A stretch of DNA of 64,000 nt from Octopus vulgaris (taxonomy: Eukaryota), in NCBI GenBank assembly GCA_951406725.2, contig OX597833.1, positions 620,001-684,000 of the forward strand. The letters are read 5' to 3'. Numbering within the stretch: the first letter of the stretch is position 1; every line of letters begins with the position of its first letter. This document shows, piece after piece, positions 14,774 through 27,100 of the stretch. The notes under the pieces were generated by a model that saw only the letters and a program-made list of their open reading frames with translations, made no database searches and was not told the origin of the DNA. A program made the position numbers and the translations under genes.

Positions 14774-15141
14774 ATGCTGCAGCCCATCATTACCGAAATC
14801 AATTCTCTTCGGATTATTCTAGCGAGCGCTTCGCCCCGCAGGAAGCAGATCCTGGAAAATGTCGGCATGAGTATCGAAGTTGTGCCGTCAACTTTTGAAG
14901 AGAACCTGGAGCAGAGCGCTTTCCCGACCCCGGCCGATTACGCGAAAGCGACGGCCCGTGGCAAGGCCATCGAAGTGGCACGACGGCTGGGAGTCTCCGA
15001 AAAGCAGAGCGGGGACTCGGTTAAACCCCCTCCGGATATTGTTATCGGAGCGGACACGATTATAACTGTGGGTGACAAGATCTATGGCAAACCGAAGGAC
15101 CGAGAAGATGCCAAGAACACCTTGACGCAACTGTCTGGCAA
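14774..15141 (+). CDS. Maf-family (YhdE-like) dTTP/UTP pyrophosphatase, ASMTL N-terminal-domain homolog, coding exon 1
   Basis: MLQPIITEINSLRIILASASPRRKQIL...FEE...ARGKA...DIVIGADT...IYGKPKDREDAKNTLTQLSG contains the Maf motifs LASASPRR, GADT and GKP. Start context CACCATG. Donor AA|GTAAGT at 15141/15142 (phase 2). Confidence 0.95.
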
Positions 15142-16463
15142 GTAAGTATCTACGATTCTTCCTTACTTTGTATTGCACCGATACGTGGACGGGAATGTAA
15201 AATATTCATTGTCCAAATAATTATGCACTCACTCACATGTATATATATATATATATATTGGTATATATATATATATACATGTCAAATCGCCATTCTCCAC
15301 AAAGATTATGTTCTCAAATCAAACTCATAATCTTTGTGGAGAATGGCGATTTGACGTCTATATCTAGCATGTTGACTGTCCACTTTTCGTGTTCAGTCCT
15401 TAATTGGTATATATATATAAATATTTTAATCTTCGGATTCTTTTTTAATATGCTAGACCACTGGTTTTAATTGATAAATATCAATTTCTACCCTTAATTA
15501 ATTTTATATATATATATATATATATTACTTCGCTAGGTAGTCGTTATAGGATCGACTAGTCACGACTAGCTAGCGCAGATGCGCGAGTGCGTGCACCGGG
15601 ACCACTCTTTTTAAGTAGTACCTATATGTATGTACGGCTGTTCGTCGCTGCGAGTACCTTGCACGAGACACCACGGCCGGCGAGTGCCCGTATGTCGCTA
15701 GTTGTCCTGACTCCTATTTCTAGCAACACTGTTGCTCACTAGCACCCTCCGTCACTTTAGTGACGTCTATACTGGTACCTTTTGGTTGTAAATTGCGAAT
15801 AAGCCATCTTAATTTATATATATATAAACTCCAAGAAAGTTAGGGGTTTTAGGTCCAACCCACTAAGGGATAATATCTATCCAATATACTGTTGGTAGAA
15901 TACCCAATTATAAATACAAAAGTGCTTTTTAATTGCATTGCAATTAACTTACTTAGTGTATTAAATGGATTCTTATTTTATATGCATAGAATAATATGCG
16001 GATCTTTACCGAAAAGATCCTAATATGCTATATGTATGTCTGTTATTATAATTATCATTTTAATAAATAAATAAGTTAACATTTTAATGTCCTTTGCAAT
16101 ATATATATATATATTTGAAATAGTCCGTTTCCATGTTTTTGTTTCTCGTTGTGTTCTGAAATAGTCCGTTTCCATGTTTTTGTTTCTCGTTGTGTTCTAC
16201 GTTTTCTTTTAATGTCCTGTACCCATATATGCATGTATATATACATATAGATGTAGGTATATACATATATATATATAATAAGGCATGAACAGAGCAGTAC
16301 CAGGCTTCAAGTCATTTATACAGAAGAACGTACAGAAATAATTTAGCAGATTTCACCACATGGTGCAAATCCCATCTCCTTTCATTTCACATCGTCTTTT
16401 AGACACTGGGTTTGGTCTGAGCACTTATTGTGTGTACTTATTATATGTCTTTTTAACGTTTTC

Positions 16464-16500
<37 letters not shown>

Positions 16501-16823
16501 TAGAAATAGTCGAACGTGTAACCCTTCGTTGTGTAAGCAGGTAAATGATGATGTCCGGGTACAGGACAATGTTTTCTCGAGGTTTACACTTATCTCTCGA
16601 TTGAGGGGACGAGAAAAGCGTGAAAGTTTCGCTGTGTCATGTCCTGACGTTCTCTTAGAAATCTGTTGCCGTGTATTTTATATGAGGAATATTAAAAGAA
16701 GATGGACTTCTGCCACGAGGATTATAATATTCTGCGCTGTTAACATCATTTTATAGGCATGGCTGTGTGGTGTACAAGTTCGATTTGCAACCACGTGGTT
16801 TCGGTTTCAACCCCATTGCGTGG

Positions 16824-17460
16824 GGTGCGACTTAAGAAGAGTGGTCACGGTACGCGTAGTCGCGCATCCGCGCTAGCTAGTTGTGAGTAGTCGATCCTAC
16901 AACGACTACCTAGCAAAGTAAATAAAACACAAAATAAATAATTTTTTTTACACAAAGTGTAAGGAGTGGCTGTGTGGTAAGTAGCTTGCTAACCAACCAC
17001 ATGGTTCCGGGTTCAGTCCCACTGCATGGCATCTTGGGCAAGTGTCTTCTGCTATAGCCCCGGGCCGACCAATGCCTTGTGAGTGGATTTGGTAGACGGA
17101 AACTGAAAGAAGCCTGTCGTATATATGTGTGTTTGTGTGTCTGTGTTTGTCCCCCTAACATTGCTTGACAACCGATGCTGGTGTGTTTACGTCCCCGTCA
17201 CTTAGCGGTTCGGCAAAAGAGACCGATAGAATAAGTACTGGGCTTACAAAGAATAAGACCCGGGGTCGATTTGCTTGACTAAAGGCGGTGCTCCAGCATG
17301 GCCGCAGTCAAATGACTGAAACAAATAAAAGAGTAAGTAAATAATTTTTCTAAACAAAGTGAATAAAATACAAAAACACAAAGTAAGGATCGACTAGTCA
17401 CGACTAGCTAGCGCAGATACGCGAGTGCGCGCACCGGGACCACTCTTCTTAAGTAGTACC
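16824..17460. mobile_element. MITE with ~75-bp GG..CC TIRs and a 9-bp TSD (MULE/Merlin-like), containing a SINE
   Basis: TIRs GGTGCGACTTAAGAAGAGTGGTC... / ...GACCACTCTTCTTAAGTAGTACC; flanks ATTGCGTGG / ACTGCGTGG. A solo TIR copy lies at ~15526-15621. Confidence 0.7.
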
Positions 17461-18023
17461 ACTGCGTGGCACCATGGGCTTGTGTCTTCGTCTGTCGTGC
17501 TGAGCTGATCAATGCCAAATACCTTGCAAGTTAATCTGACAGACGGAAATTGTGCGGAAGCCCTTCATGTGTAAATCCCTTTGTGTATGTGTGTGTTTGA
17601 ATGTTTGTGTTATCACCGCTGGATAACCGGTATTGGTTTGTTTACGTTCCATGCAACTTAGTGATTCAGCAAAAGAGACCGGTAGACTAAATACCAGACA
17701 TTAACCCATTATATGCTCATAAAAAATGAAGTCTTAAAATTTCACTGTATTTAGATTAAACGTTATGGTAAGCTTTCACCATCTGAAAGAGAAGGACAGG
17801 ATGCAACTGTTAGGTTCAGGTGTCGACTCCCTACTGGACATTTCGTATGGTCAGTCAGATGCTTCCAGGTGAGTTCATGTCCAAAAAGGTAGGAGCAGGT
17901 TTTGCATTGTGAAAACGCAACCAGGGAGTATATATGGCTTAAAAGTAGTACTGGGATCGATTTGGTCTACTGGGCCCTGCATAGTTACAGTTCAATTGGT
18001 TTAAACAAGTAAAAGATTGCATT

Positions 18024-18508
18024 TTAACCCTTTTGTTACTGTATTTATTTTGAGATGCTCTGTGTTTCATTCAGTTAATTTCAAATATAACAAAGAATTT
18101 AGTAAAATAACTTTAGTTACCATTAAGCTAGTATTAGGAACATAAATTGTGACTAAGGTTTGGTGGAAGATTTTAATTCAGAACTTTTGAAAACAAGACA
18201 TTTGTACTCAGAGCCAAATGTGGTTTCAGCCAGGTTGGTATCAAAAGGATTAAGAATTGTTTCTCTATTATATATATTTTAACCCTTTTGTTACCATATT
18301 TCTGTTGAGATGTTTTGTGTTTCTTTCAATTATTTTAAATATAACAAAGAATTTAGTAAAATAACTTTAGTTATCATTAAGCTAATGTTAGGAACATAAA
18401 TTGTGACTAAGGTTTGGTGGAAGATTTTAATTCAGAACTTATGAAAACAAGACATTTGTACTACAGAGCCAGAGGCTGTTTTGGCCAGGTTGGTATCAAA
18501 AAGGTTAA
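18024..18508 (+). mobile_element. Dimer of TTAA-flanked piggyBac-like MITEs
   Basis: TTAA-CCCTTTTGTTAC...TGGTATCAAAAGG-TTAA monomers (~230 bp) joined by GAATTGTTTCTCTATTATATATATT. Confidence 0.8.
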
Positions 18509-18757
18509 ACCTCTGTTAAACAAGAATCGCCTGTCTCAGACTTGAATTCGAACCAGGAATCCTTATTTGAACTAATGGTGAACAACATTCTTATGCACAA
18601 GTCCACTTCATTTTTAGGTGCATACTAAACTCTTGGAGTGGTTGGCATTAGGAAGGGCATCCAGCAGGAGAGACCATGCCAAATCAGCTTGGAACCTGGT
18701 GCAGTTTACTGGTTACCAGTCAAACCGTCCGACCCATACCAGCATGGAAAACTGACA

Positions 18758-19240
18758 TTAACCCTTTTGATACCAACCTGGCCAAAACCGGCTCTGGTTC
18801 TGTAATACAAATGTCTTGTTTTCATAAGTTTTGAATTAAAATCTTCCACCAAACCTTAGTCACAATTTATGTTCCTAACACTAGCTGAATGATAACTAAG
18901 TTATTTTACTAAAAATTCTTTGTTATATTTAAAATTAATTGAAAGAAACACAGAGCATCTCAACAGAAATATGGTAACAAAAGGGTTAAAATATATATAA
19001 TAGAGAAACAATTCTTAACCCTTTCGTTATCAACCTGGCTGAAACCAACTCTGGCTCTGAGTGCAAATATCTTGTTTCCATAAGTTTTGAATTAAAATCT
19101 TCCACCAAACCTTAGTCACAATTTATGTTCCTAACACTAGTTTAATGATAAGTAAGTTATTTGACTAAATTCTTTGTTATATTTAAAGTAATTGAATGAA
19201 ACAGAGCATCTCAACAGAAATATGGTAATGAAAGGGTTAA
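18758..19240 (-). mobile_element. Same MITE dimer, inverted, inserted at the TTAA of an RTE tail
   Basis: TTAA at 18758-61, 18986-89, 19015-18 and 19237-40; same linker reverse-complemented. Confidence 0.8.
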
Positions 19241-20154
19241 ATATTCATGATGAAAATTTTGTGAAGTGGTTGGAAGGGCATCCAGCTGTAAATACTTTGC
19301 CAAAACTGTCTTCGCCTGTGCTTGTGCCACGTAAAAAGCACTCCGTCCAGTCTACTGGGTGTTTGGTGTTAGGAAGGGCATCCAGCTGTAAAAACCCTGC
19401 CAAAAACAGACACTGAAGTTTGGTGCAGTCTTCTGCCTGGCCAGCCCCTTATCAAACCATCCGACCCATGCCAGCATGGGAGATGGACGTTAAACGATGA
19501 TGATAGTTATATAATTCATTGGCGAGATGAGACAGTTGATATCTTCTACTTTCTTTTACTTGTTTCGGTCATTTGACTGCGGCCATGCTGGAGCACCGCC
19601 TTTAATCAAGCAAATAGACCACAGGACTTATTCTTTGTAAGCCTAGTACTTATTCTCTCGATTTCTTTTGCTGAACTGCTAAGTTACAGGGACGTAAACA
19701 CACATCAGTTGTCAAGCGATGTTGGGAGGACAAACAGACACACAAGCATATACACACACACATTATATATATATATATATATATATATAGATGACAGGTT
19801 TCTTTCAGTTTCTGTCTACCAAATCCATTCACAAGGCTTTGGTCAGCCCGAGGCTATAGTAGAAGACACTTGCCCAAGCTGCCATGCAGTGGGACTGAAC
19901 CTGGAAACGTGGTTGGTAAGCAAGCTACGTACCATACAGCCACTCTTAGAATTTTAAAAACTTTTTTGTTGTTTCAGACTGAGGCATTGTTCTGAAGAAT
20001 TTTTAGTTGAATGAACCAATACTATTTTTATTTTATGACTGGTACTTACTTTGTTGGTCTCTTTTGCCACACTGCTAAGTTACAGGAATGTAAACAAACC
20101 AACACTGGTTGTCAAGTGGTGGTGGTGGTGGACAAAGACACAAAAAGATTCACA

Positions 20155-21137
20155 CAGTCATTTATGTTACCTAGGTGACCAAGTCAGTAGCGGGGGTGGA
20201 TGCTCTGAGGATGTAGTTGCTGAAATAAGAATAGCCTGGGCAAAGTTCAGAGAGCTCCTACCTCTGCTGGTAACAAAGGGCCTCTTGCTCAGAGTGAAAG
20301 GTAGGTTGTATGATGCATGTGTGCAAATAGCCATGCTACATGGCAGTGAAACATGTGCTGTGAATGATGAGGACATGCGTAGGCTTGAAAGAAATGAGGT
20401 TAGTATGATCCGCTGGATGTGTAATGTCAGTGTGCACACATGACAGAGTGTAGGTGCCCTGAGAGAAAAGTTGGACATAAGAAGCATCGGATGTGGTGTG
20501 CAAGAAAGATGACTGCACTGGTATGGTCATGGGTTGTGGATGGAAGAGGGCAACTGTGTGAAGAAATGTCACACCCTATCAGTGGAGGGAACCTATGGAA
20601 GAGGTAGACCTAGGATGAGGGGGGGAAGCACAACCTTTGGATGTTGGGCCTCACAGAGGCAATGACAAGCAACCGAGACCTTTGGAGATATACTGCGCTT
20701 GAGAAGACCTGGCAAACCGGGTGAGATCGTAGCTGTGGCTGATGCCAGTGTTGCATAATTGGCCCATTTAAAAATACTTTTTAATCGTTGGGCAATAAAC
20801 TGCATTTGAGAAAACCTGTTGAGTCAAGTGAAATCTTAGTCATGGCCAATACCAATGCCGCCTGACTGGCTCCCCACGCCAGTGGCATGTAAAAAGCACC
20901 ATTTCAGCATGGTCAATGCCAGTGCTGCCTGACTGGCTCCCATGCTGGTAGCACCTAAAGAGCACCCATTTCACCCTTAGGGTGGTTGGTATTAGGAAGG
21001 GCATCCAGCTGAAGAAACCTTGCCAGATCAGATTGGTACCGGGTGCTGCCTCCTGGCTTGCCAGTCCTCAGTCAAACCATCTGACCTATGCCAGCATGGA
21101 AGGCGGACATTAAACGATGACGATGATGATGTTGATG
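20155..21137 (+). mobile_element. RTE-clade LINE, 5'-truncated (RT C-terminus, 3' UTR, (GAT)n tail)
   Basis: YLGDQVSSGGGCSEDVVAEIRIAWAKFRELLPLL...KGRLYDACVQIAMLHGSET...RRLERNEVSMIRWM; ends GGCGGACATTAAACGATGACGATGATGAT. Confidence 0.85.
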
Positions 21138-21196
21138 ATATATATATATATATATGAGATGGCAAAGGAATAAATAATGATCTTGTGAACTTCATT

Positions 21197-21278
21197 GGCT
21201 TACAGATGTTTCTGCTGTAAGATGCAGTGAACTTATTAGTTGAGTGCTTGAATAACAGCTTACAGCTTCATCAGAGCC
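21197..21278 (-). ncRNA. Type I hammerhead ribozyme motif (A-A mismatch at base of stem II)
   Basis: Minus strand: GGCT-CTGATGA-a-GCTGTAAG...CTTACAGC-a-GAAA-CA-TC-TG-TA|AGCC; GUA triplet. Confidence 0.6.
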
Positions 21279-21491
21279 TTGGACATCAAGTGCAATTTAT
21301 TTGGGGAGAAAGAATTACATTTGTACGTAGATAGGGAACAGCATTATCAATGAGAAAGCCAGTACAGGTGTATAACCAAAAGGTAATTAGATTTAATAGT
21401 AGGAATACATGTACATAAACACATACACACGCAATCAGAAGTACCTGCAAATACACAGGCACTCAGCGGCACACACACAGCACTCAGATAC

Positions 21492-21895
21492 CATCATCAT
21501 CATCGTTTAACGTCTGCTTTCCATGCTAGCATGGGTTGGACGGTTCAACTGGGGTCTGGGAAGCCCGAAGGCGGCACCAGGCCCAGTCTGATCTGGCAAT
21601 GTTTCTACAGCTGGATGCTCTTCCTAACGCCAACCACTCCGTGAGTGTAGTGGTTGCTTTTTACGTGCCACCAGCACAGGTGCTAGGGGAGTCTGGCAAA
21701 CGGTCACGTTCGGATGGTGCTTTTTATGTGCCACCGGCACGGGGACCAGACGAAGCTGGCAATGGCCACGGTCGGATGGTGCTTTTTACATGCCACCGGC
21801 ACTATATCACAACTACAATTTCCATTGATTTTTGATCGATTTCGATTTCACTTGCCTCAACAGGTCTTCGCAAGCAGAGTTTTGTGTCCCAAAAA
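21492..21895 (-). mobile_element. RTE 3'-UTR-only copy. Others at ~22341-22830, 25041-25410, 32715-33020, 33980-34505, 38219-38910, 46348-46700
   Basis: (CAT)n-GTTTAACGTCCGCTTTCCATGCTAGCATGGGTTGG...GGATGCCCTTCCTAACGCCAACCAC, with variable numbers of GGTGCTTTTTACGTGCCACCGGCAC modules. Confidence 0.8.
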
Positions 21896-21900
21896 GGACA

Positions 21901-21933
<33 letters not shown>

Positions 21934-23668
21934 AAAGTGCCCGTGTGGCACCACATAAAAATGCTCATGTGGTGCCACAAAACCACCTGTGTGGTTCCAC
22001 ATAAAAGCACTGGTGATGGCACCACAAGAAAAGCTGCAGTGCAGGTACCTGTTGTGACTTGGGTATACACGGCCTGGTGTAAAATAGCATTACACAACTA
22101 AATAGTTGGGTTGTGGGTATCTGAAGTAACTTATTGCAGAATGACATACGTTAACATAGAATGCACTCCGTACTACACAAATGTAGATGCAATACTCAGT
22201 ATTCAGTCTTCATCTACCCTGTTAAACCAGCACACATTAAAGTAACACCTGTCAACTACCCCACTGACAGTTCACTCAGGTGTTATTTAATCACTGAGCC
22301 CACCTTCAGCCACGTGCGGGTGTTCATGATTCCCCCATTACATCATCATCATCATCATCATCATCGTTTAATGTCCGCTTTCCATGCTAGCATGGGTTGG
22401 ACGATTTGACTGAGGTCTGGCGAACCAGACTCCAATCTGATCTGGCAGAGTCTCTACAGCTGGATGCCCTTCCTAATGCCAACCACTCCGCAAGTGTAGT
22501 AGGTGCTTTTACGTGCCACCGGCACGAGGGCCAGTTTAGTGGTAGTAGCAACGGCCATGCTCAAATGGTGCTTTTTATGTGCCACCTGCACAGGAGCCAG
22601 TCCAGCGGCACTGGCAACGACCTCGCTTGACTGGTGTTGGTGCCACGTAAAAAGCAGTGGTTAGGATGCCAGTGCCATATAAAAAGCACCCAGTACTCTC
22701 TGTAAAGTGGTTGATGTTAGAAAGGGCATCCAACTGTAAAAGCCATGCCAGAACAGACAATGTGGCCTTCTCAGCTCCTCTCAAACCATCCAACCCATGC
22801 CAGCATAGAAAACAGACATTAAACGATGATGGTGATGTAAGCTAATAAATTTTTTATAATGATTATTTTTGTGTTAAGTCACGTGTTTCAGAACTAATTA
22901 CTGTTGTAAGTCGAGGTAGCCTGTTATAATTAAATTACATATGATGCACTTAAATTGTTTTGTTGTTCTCTTAGAAAAGTTGTCTTGCATAGAACTGGTC
23001 CGCAATGCGAAATAGGTTAGGAACTGATGCTGCAAATCATGCATTTCAAGCCATTTATTACCAAATTCCTATTGAAATACTCTGCTTTTCTTTCAATTAT
23101 TTTGAGAATAATGAAGAATTTAGAACAATAATTTTGTCATTATTAAGTTGGGGTAAGGGTGGCAAGCTGGCAGATGTGGTAAGGGTAACGGGCTTAGCAC
23201 GATGGGCACAAGGTGGAATACTTCGAACAACACTGGTGGAATTGCTAATTTAGATTTCCGCCTCTTTCAGCATACTTGTTACTTAATGATGCTGAAAGAT
23301 GAAGGCGGAAAGCTGCCAGAAACGTTAGCACGCCGGGCGAAATGCTTAGCGGTATTTCGCCTGCTGTTATGTTTTGAGTTCAAATTCCGCCGAGGTCGAC
23401 TTTGCCTTTCATCCTTTTGGGGTCGATAAATTAAGTACCAGTTACGCACTGGGGTCGATGTAATCGACTTAATCCCTTTGTCTGTCCTTGTTTGTCCCCT
23501 CTATGTTTAGCCCCTCCATGGGCAATAAAGAAATAAGAATGATGCTGAAAGAGGCAGGAATCTAAATTTAGCAATTCCACCATTGTTGTTCGATGCCGTC
23601 TCTCTGCTACTGATATATTTCCCGTGCTTTTTAACACTTCATGTCCATACAAGATGCTTTCTCTCGTT

Positions 23669-23969
23669 CAGTGGTTCTCAACCGGGGTCCGTATGGCTCC
23701 AGAGGGTCCATATAAGATTTTGTGGGGTCCACACAACAAAATAGTAAATTAGGGATCCACAATAGTATCTTAAAGGCCCCAGAAAAAGGTTTTGCTTCAG
23801 TGGTATGTATTGCAAGAAACAGCTGGGTTTCTTTCTTTAACATTTTACATTGTTCAACCTACACAAGTTAATGGGGGGAAAACAATAAGAAGTTTTTAAA
23901 TATCAAATGGTTATGGGGTCCACCAGAAACTAAAGGGTCCATAAATAAAAAATGGTTGAAAACCCCATG
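23669..23969. mobile_element. hAT (Charlie-like) MITE
   Basis: CAGTGGTTCTCAACC ... GGTTGAAAACCCCATG imperfect TIRs; internal GGGTCC repeats; TSD not clear. Confidence 0.55.
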
Positions 23970-24016
23970 TTCTAGATGATTACTGCTGTGTCGCGACTAT
24001 CCAAAGTATATTCACT

Positions 24017-24481
24017 TTAACCCTTTTGTTACCATATTTCTGTTGAGATGTTTTGTGTTTCTTTCAATTACTTCAAATATAACAAAGAATTTAGTAAAAT
24101 AACTTAGTTATCATTCAGCTAGTGTTAGGAACATAAATTGTGACTAAGGTTTGGTGGAAGATTTTAATTCAGAACTTATGAAAACAAGACATTTGTACTA
24201 CAGAGCCAGAGCTGGTTTCAGCCAGGTTGGTATCAAAAGGGTTAAGAATTGTTTCTCTATTATATATTTTAACTCTTTTGTTACCATATTTCTGTTGAGA
24301 TGCTCTGTGTTTCTTTCAATTTATTTTAAATATAACAAAGAATTTAGTAAAATAACTTAGTTATCATTAAGCTAGTGTTAGGAACATTTGGAGGAAGATT
24401 TCAATTCAAAACTTACGAAAACATGACATTTGTACTCAGAGCCAAAGGTGGTTTCAGCCAGGTTGGTAACAAAAGGGTTAA
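24017..24481 (+). mobile_element. Third MITE dimer; a further chimeric copy set lies at 25532-26050
   Basis: TTAA-CCC...GGG-TTAA ends and the same linker. Confidence 0.8.
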
Positions 24482-26258
24482 ATAGAATATAAAAAATACT
24501 GTTTTAAACCAATGTTGCTTCTGTCACAACCGATGCTTTTAAAAGCATTTAGTAACTTTTTTTTAGAAAGCAGGGTGAGAATTATTTCAAACACTGGATA
24601 TCTTACTATCCACAGAGACAAAACTATTTTGCAACAAATCCATTTGAATGTTGATATTTTCAGAACCTGTTTTAGACAGACGAGAACAAGAAACTGACTG
24701 GCACGATTTCTCTTTGAAATTTCTGCTTCTCATTCTCTCTCTTACGTTAAAATCTCATCAATTAGCAGAGCTAAATTTAAATTAATATTTGTATTTAGAC
24801 GTCTTTATGTCAGACGATGGTGGATTTCCGGTATAATCTCTACTTAAACGATTAGCTGCGGGTTTCTTTGTTGTTTTTTCCCCCTTGTAGTCTTTTCCTT
24901 AGCAACAGATTTTCTGCTCTTCATGTACTGGAATTGTTACAGAAGCAAATATCTTCAATGAATGAAGAATTTCATATGTAGTGACTTTAGCACTGTTGAA
25001 GGCTGCTATTTTTGTCTATAATGACAAAAACTAAAAACCACCATCATCATCATCATCATTTAGCGTCCGCTTTCCATGCTGTCATGGGTTGGACGGTTCA
25101 ACTGGGGTCTGGGAATCCAGAAGGCTGCACCAGGCTCCAGTCTGATCTGGCAGTGTTTCTACAGCTGGATGCCCTTCCTAACGCCAACCACTCTGTGAGT
25201 GTAGTGGGTGCTTTTTACGTGCCACCGGCACGGGGGCCAGGCAAGGCTGGCAAACGGCCACGAACGGATGGTGCTTTTTACGTGCCACCGGCACGGAGGC
25301 CAGTCGGGGCGGCGCTGGCAACGGCCACGATCGGATGGTTCGCTTACGTGCCACCGGCACTGGTATCACAGCTGCAATTTCCATTGATTTTTGATTGAAT
25401 TCGATTTTTTTCTGATTTCTGATTCGTTATTGTTGTTTTTACAACTGCTTATGGATTGGACGAGACTTATTGACAACACTGGCAGTAAGTGGTAAATAGT
25501 GAAGCTGTTTGCTTTGCAATCCTAGCATCTTAGGGTTAAAATATATAATAGAGAAACAATTCTTAACCCTCTCGTTACTAACCCAGCTGAAACCACCTCT
25601 GGCCCTGTAGTACAAATGTCTTGTTTTCATAAGTTTTGAATTAAAATCTTCCACCAAACCTTAGTCACAATTTATGTTCCTAACACTCACTTAATGATAA
25701 CTAAGTTATTTTACTAAATTCCTTGTTATATTTAAAATTAATTGAAAGAAACACAGAGCATCTCAACAGAAATTTGGTAACAAAAGGGTTAAAATATATA
25801 ATAGAGAAACAATTCTTAACCCTTTTGATACCAACCCACCTGAAACAAGCGCAGTGTATTTCATGGCCCTTGTTTCAATTCATCCTCAAAGAATAATAAA
25901 GAATTTATTAAAATAACTTTGTCCTCATTAAGCTGGTGTTGGGGACGTAATCTAACATGGAATTTTGATGGAAGATTTAACTTAGTTTATTTTAAAACAC
26001 AATGTGTCATAGAATCATGAACAGTTTCAGACAGGCTGGTATTAAAAGGATGTTCATGAGATACTCAGCCACTTATATGCTAATTCAACAATGGAGTGGC
26101 TGTGTGGTAAGTAGCTTGCTTACCAACCACATGGTTCCGGGTTCAGTCCCACTGCGTGGTACCTTGGCCAAGTGTCTTCTACTATAGCCTCGGGCCGACC
26201 AAAGCCTTGTGAGTGGATTTGGTAGACGGAAACTGAAAGAAGCCCATCGTATGTATGT

Positions 26259-26259
<1 letters not shown>

Positions 26260-26290
<31 letters not shown>

Positions 26291-27100
26291 TTAACGTCCA
26301 CTTTCCATGCTAGCATGGGTTGGACGGTTCAACTGGGGTCTGGGAAGCCAGAAGGCTGCACCAGTCCCAGTCTGATCTGGCAGTGTTTCTACAGCTGGAT
26401 GCCCTTCCTAACGCCAACCACTCTGAGAGTGTAGTGGGTGCTTTTCACGTGCCACCGGCACAGGTGCCAGACGAGGCTGGCAGACGGCCACGATCGGATT
26501 GTGCTTTTTACGTGCCACCTGCACGGGGACCAGACGAAGCTGGCAACGGCCACGGTCGGATGGTGCTTTTTACGTGCCACCGGCACGGAGGCCAGTCGGG
26601 CGGCGTTGGCTATGGCCACGTTCGGATAGTTTTCTTACATGCCACCGGCACTGGTATCACAGTTACAAATTCCATTGATGTTGATAGATTACGATTTTGA
26701 TTTTCACTTGCCTCAACAGGTCTTCACAAGTGGAGTTTTGTGTCCCATGAAGGAAAGGAATGCATAAGTGGGCTGGCTACATCCCAGGTGTAGGCCACGG
26801 GATTATGGCCTCACTTGTCCTGCCAGGTCTTCTCACGCACAGCATGCTTCCATAGGTCTCGGTTTTTAGTCATTCCTCGGTGAGACCTAAAGTTTGAAGG
26901 TCGTGCTTCACCACCTCATCCCAGGTTTTCCTGGGTCTACCTCTTCCACAGGTTCCCTCAACCGCTAGGGTGTGGCACTTTTTCACACAACTATCTTCAT
27001 CCCTTCTCACCACATGACCATACCAGCGCAAACGTCTCTCTTGCACACCACAACTGACACTTTTTAGGTCCAGCTTTTCTCTCAAGGTACTTACACTCTG
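26260..27100 (-). mobile_element. Same RTE LINE family, 3' fragment nested in a SINE microsatellite
   Basis: ORF fragment REKLDLKSVSCGVQERRLRWYGHVVRRDEDSCVKK...GRGRPRKTWDEVVKHDL plus 3' UTR and (CAT)n tail. It splits the SINE at 26092-27340. Confidence 0.85.
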
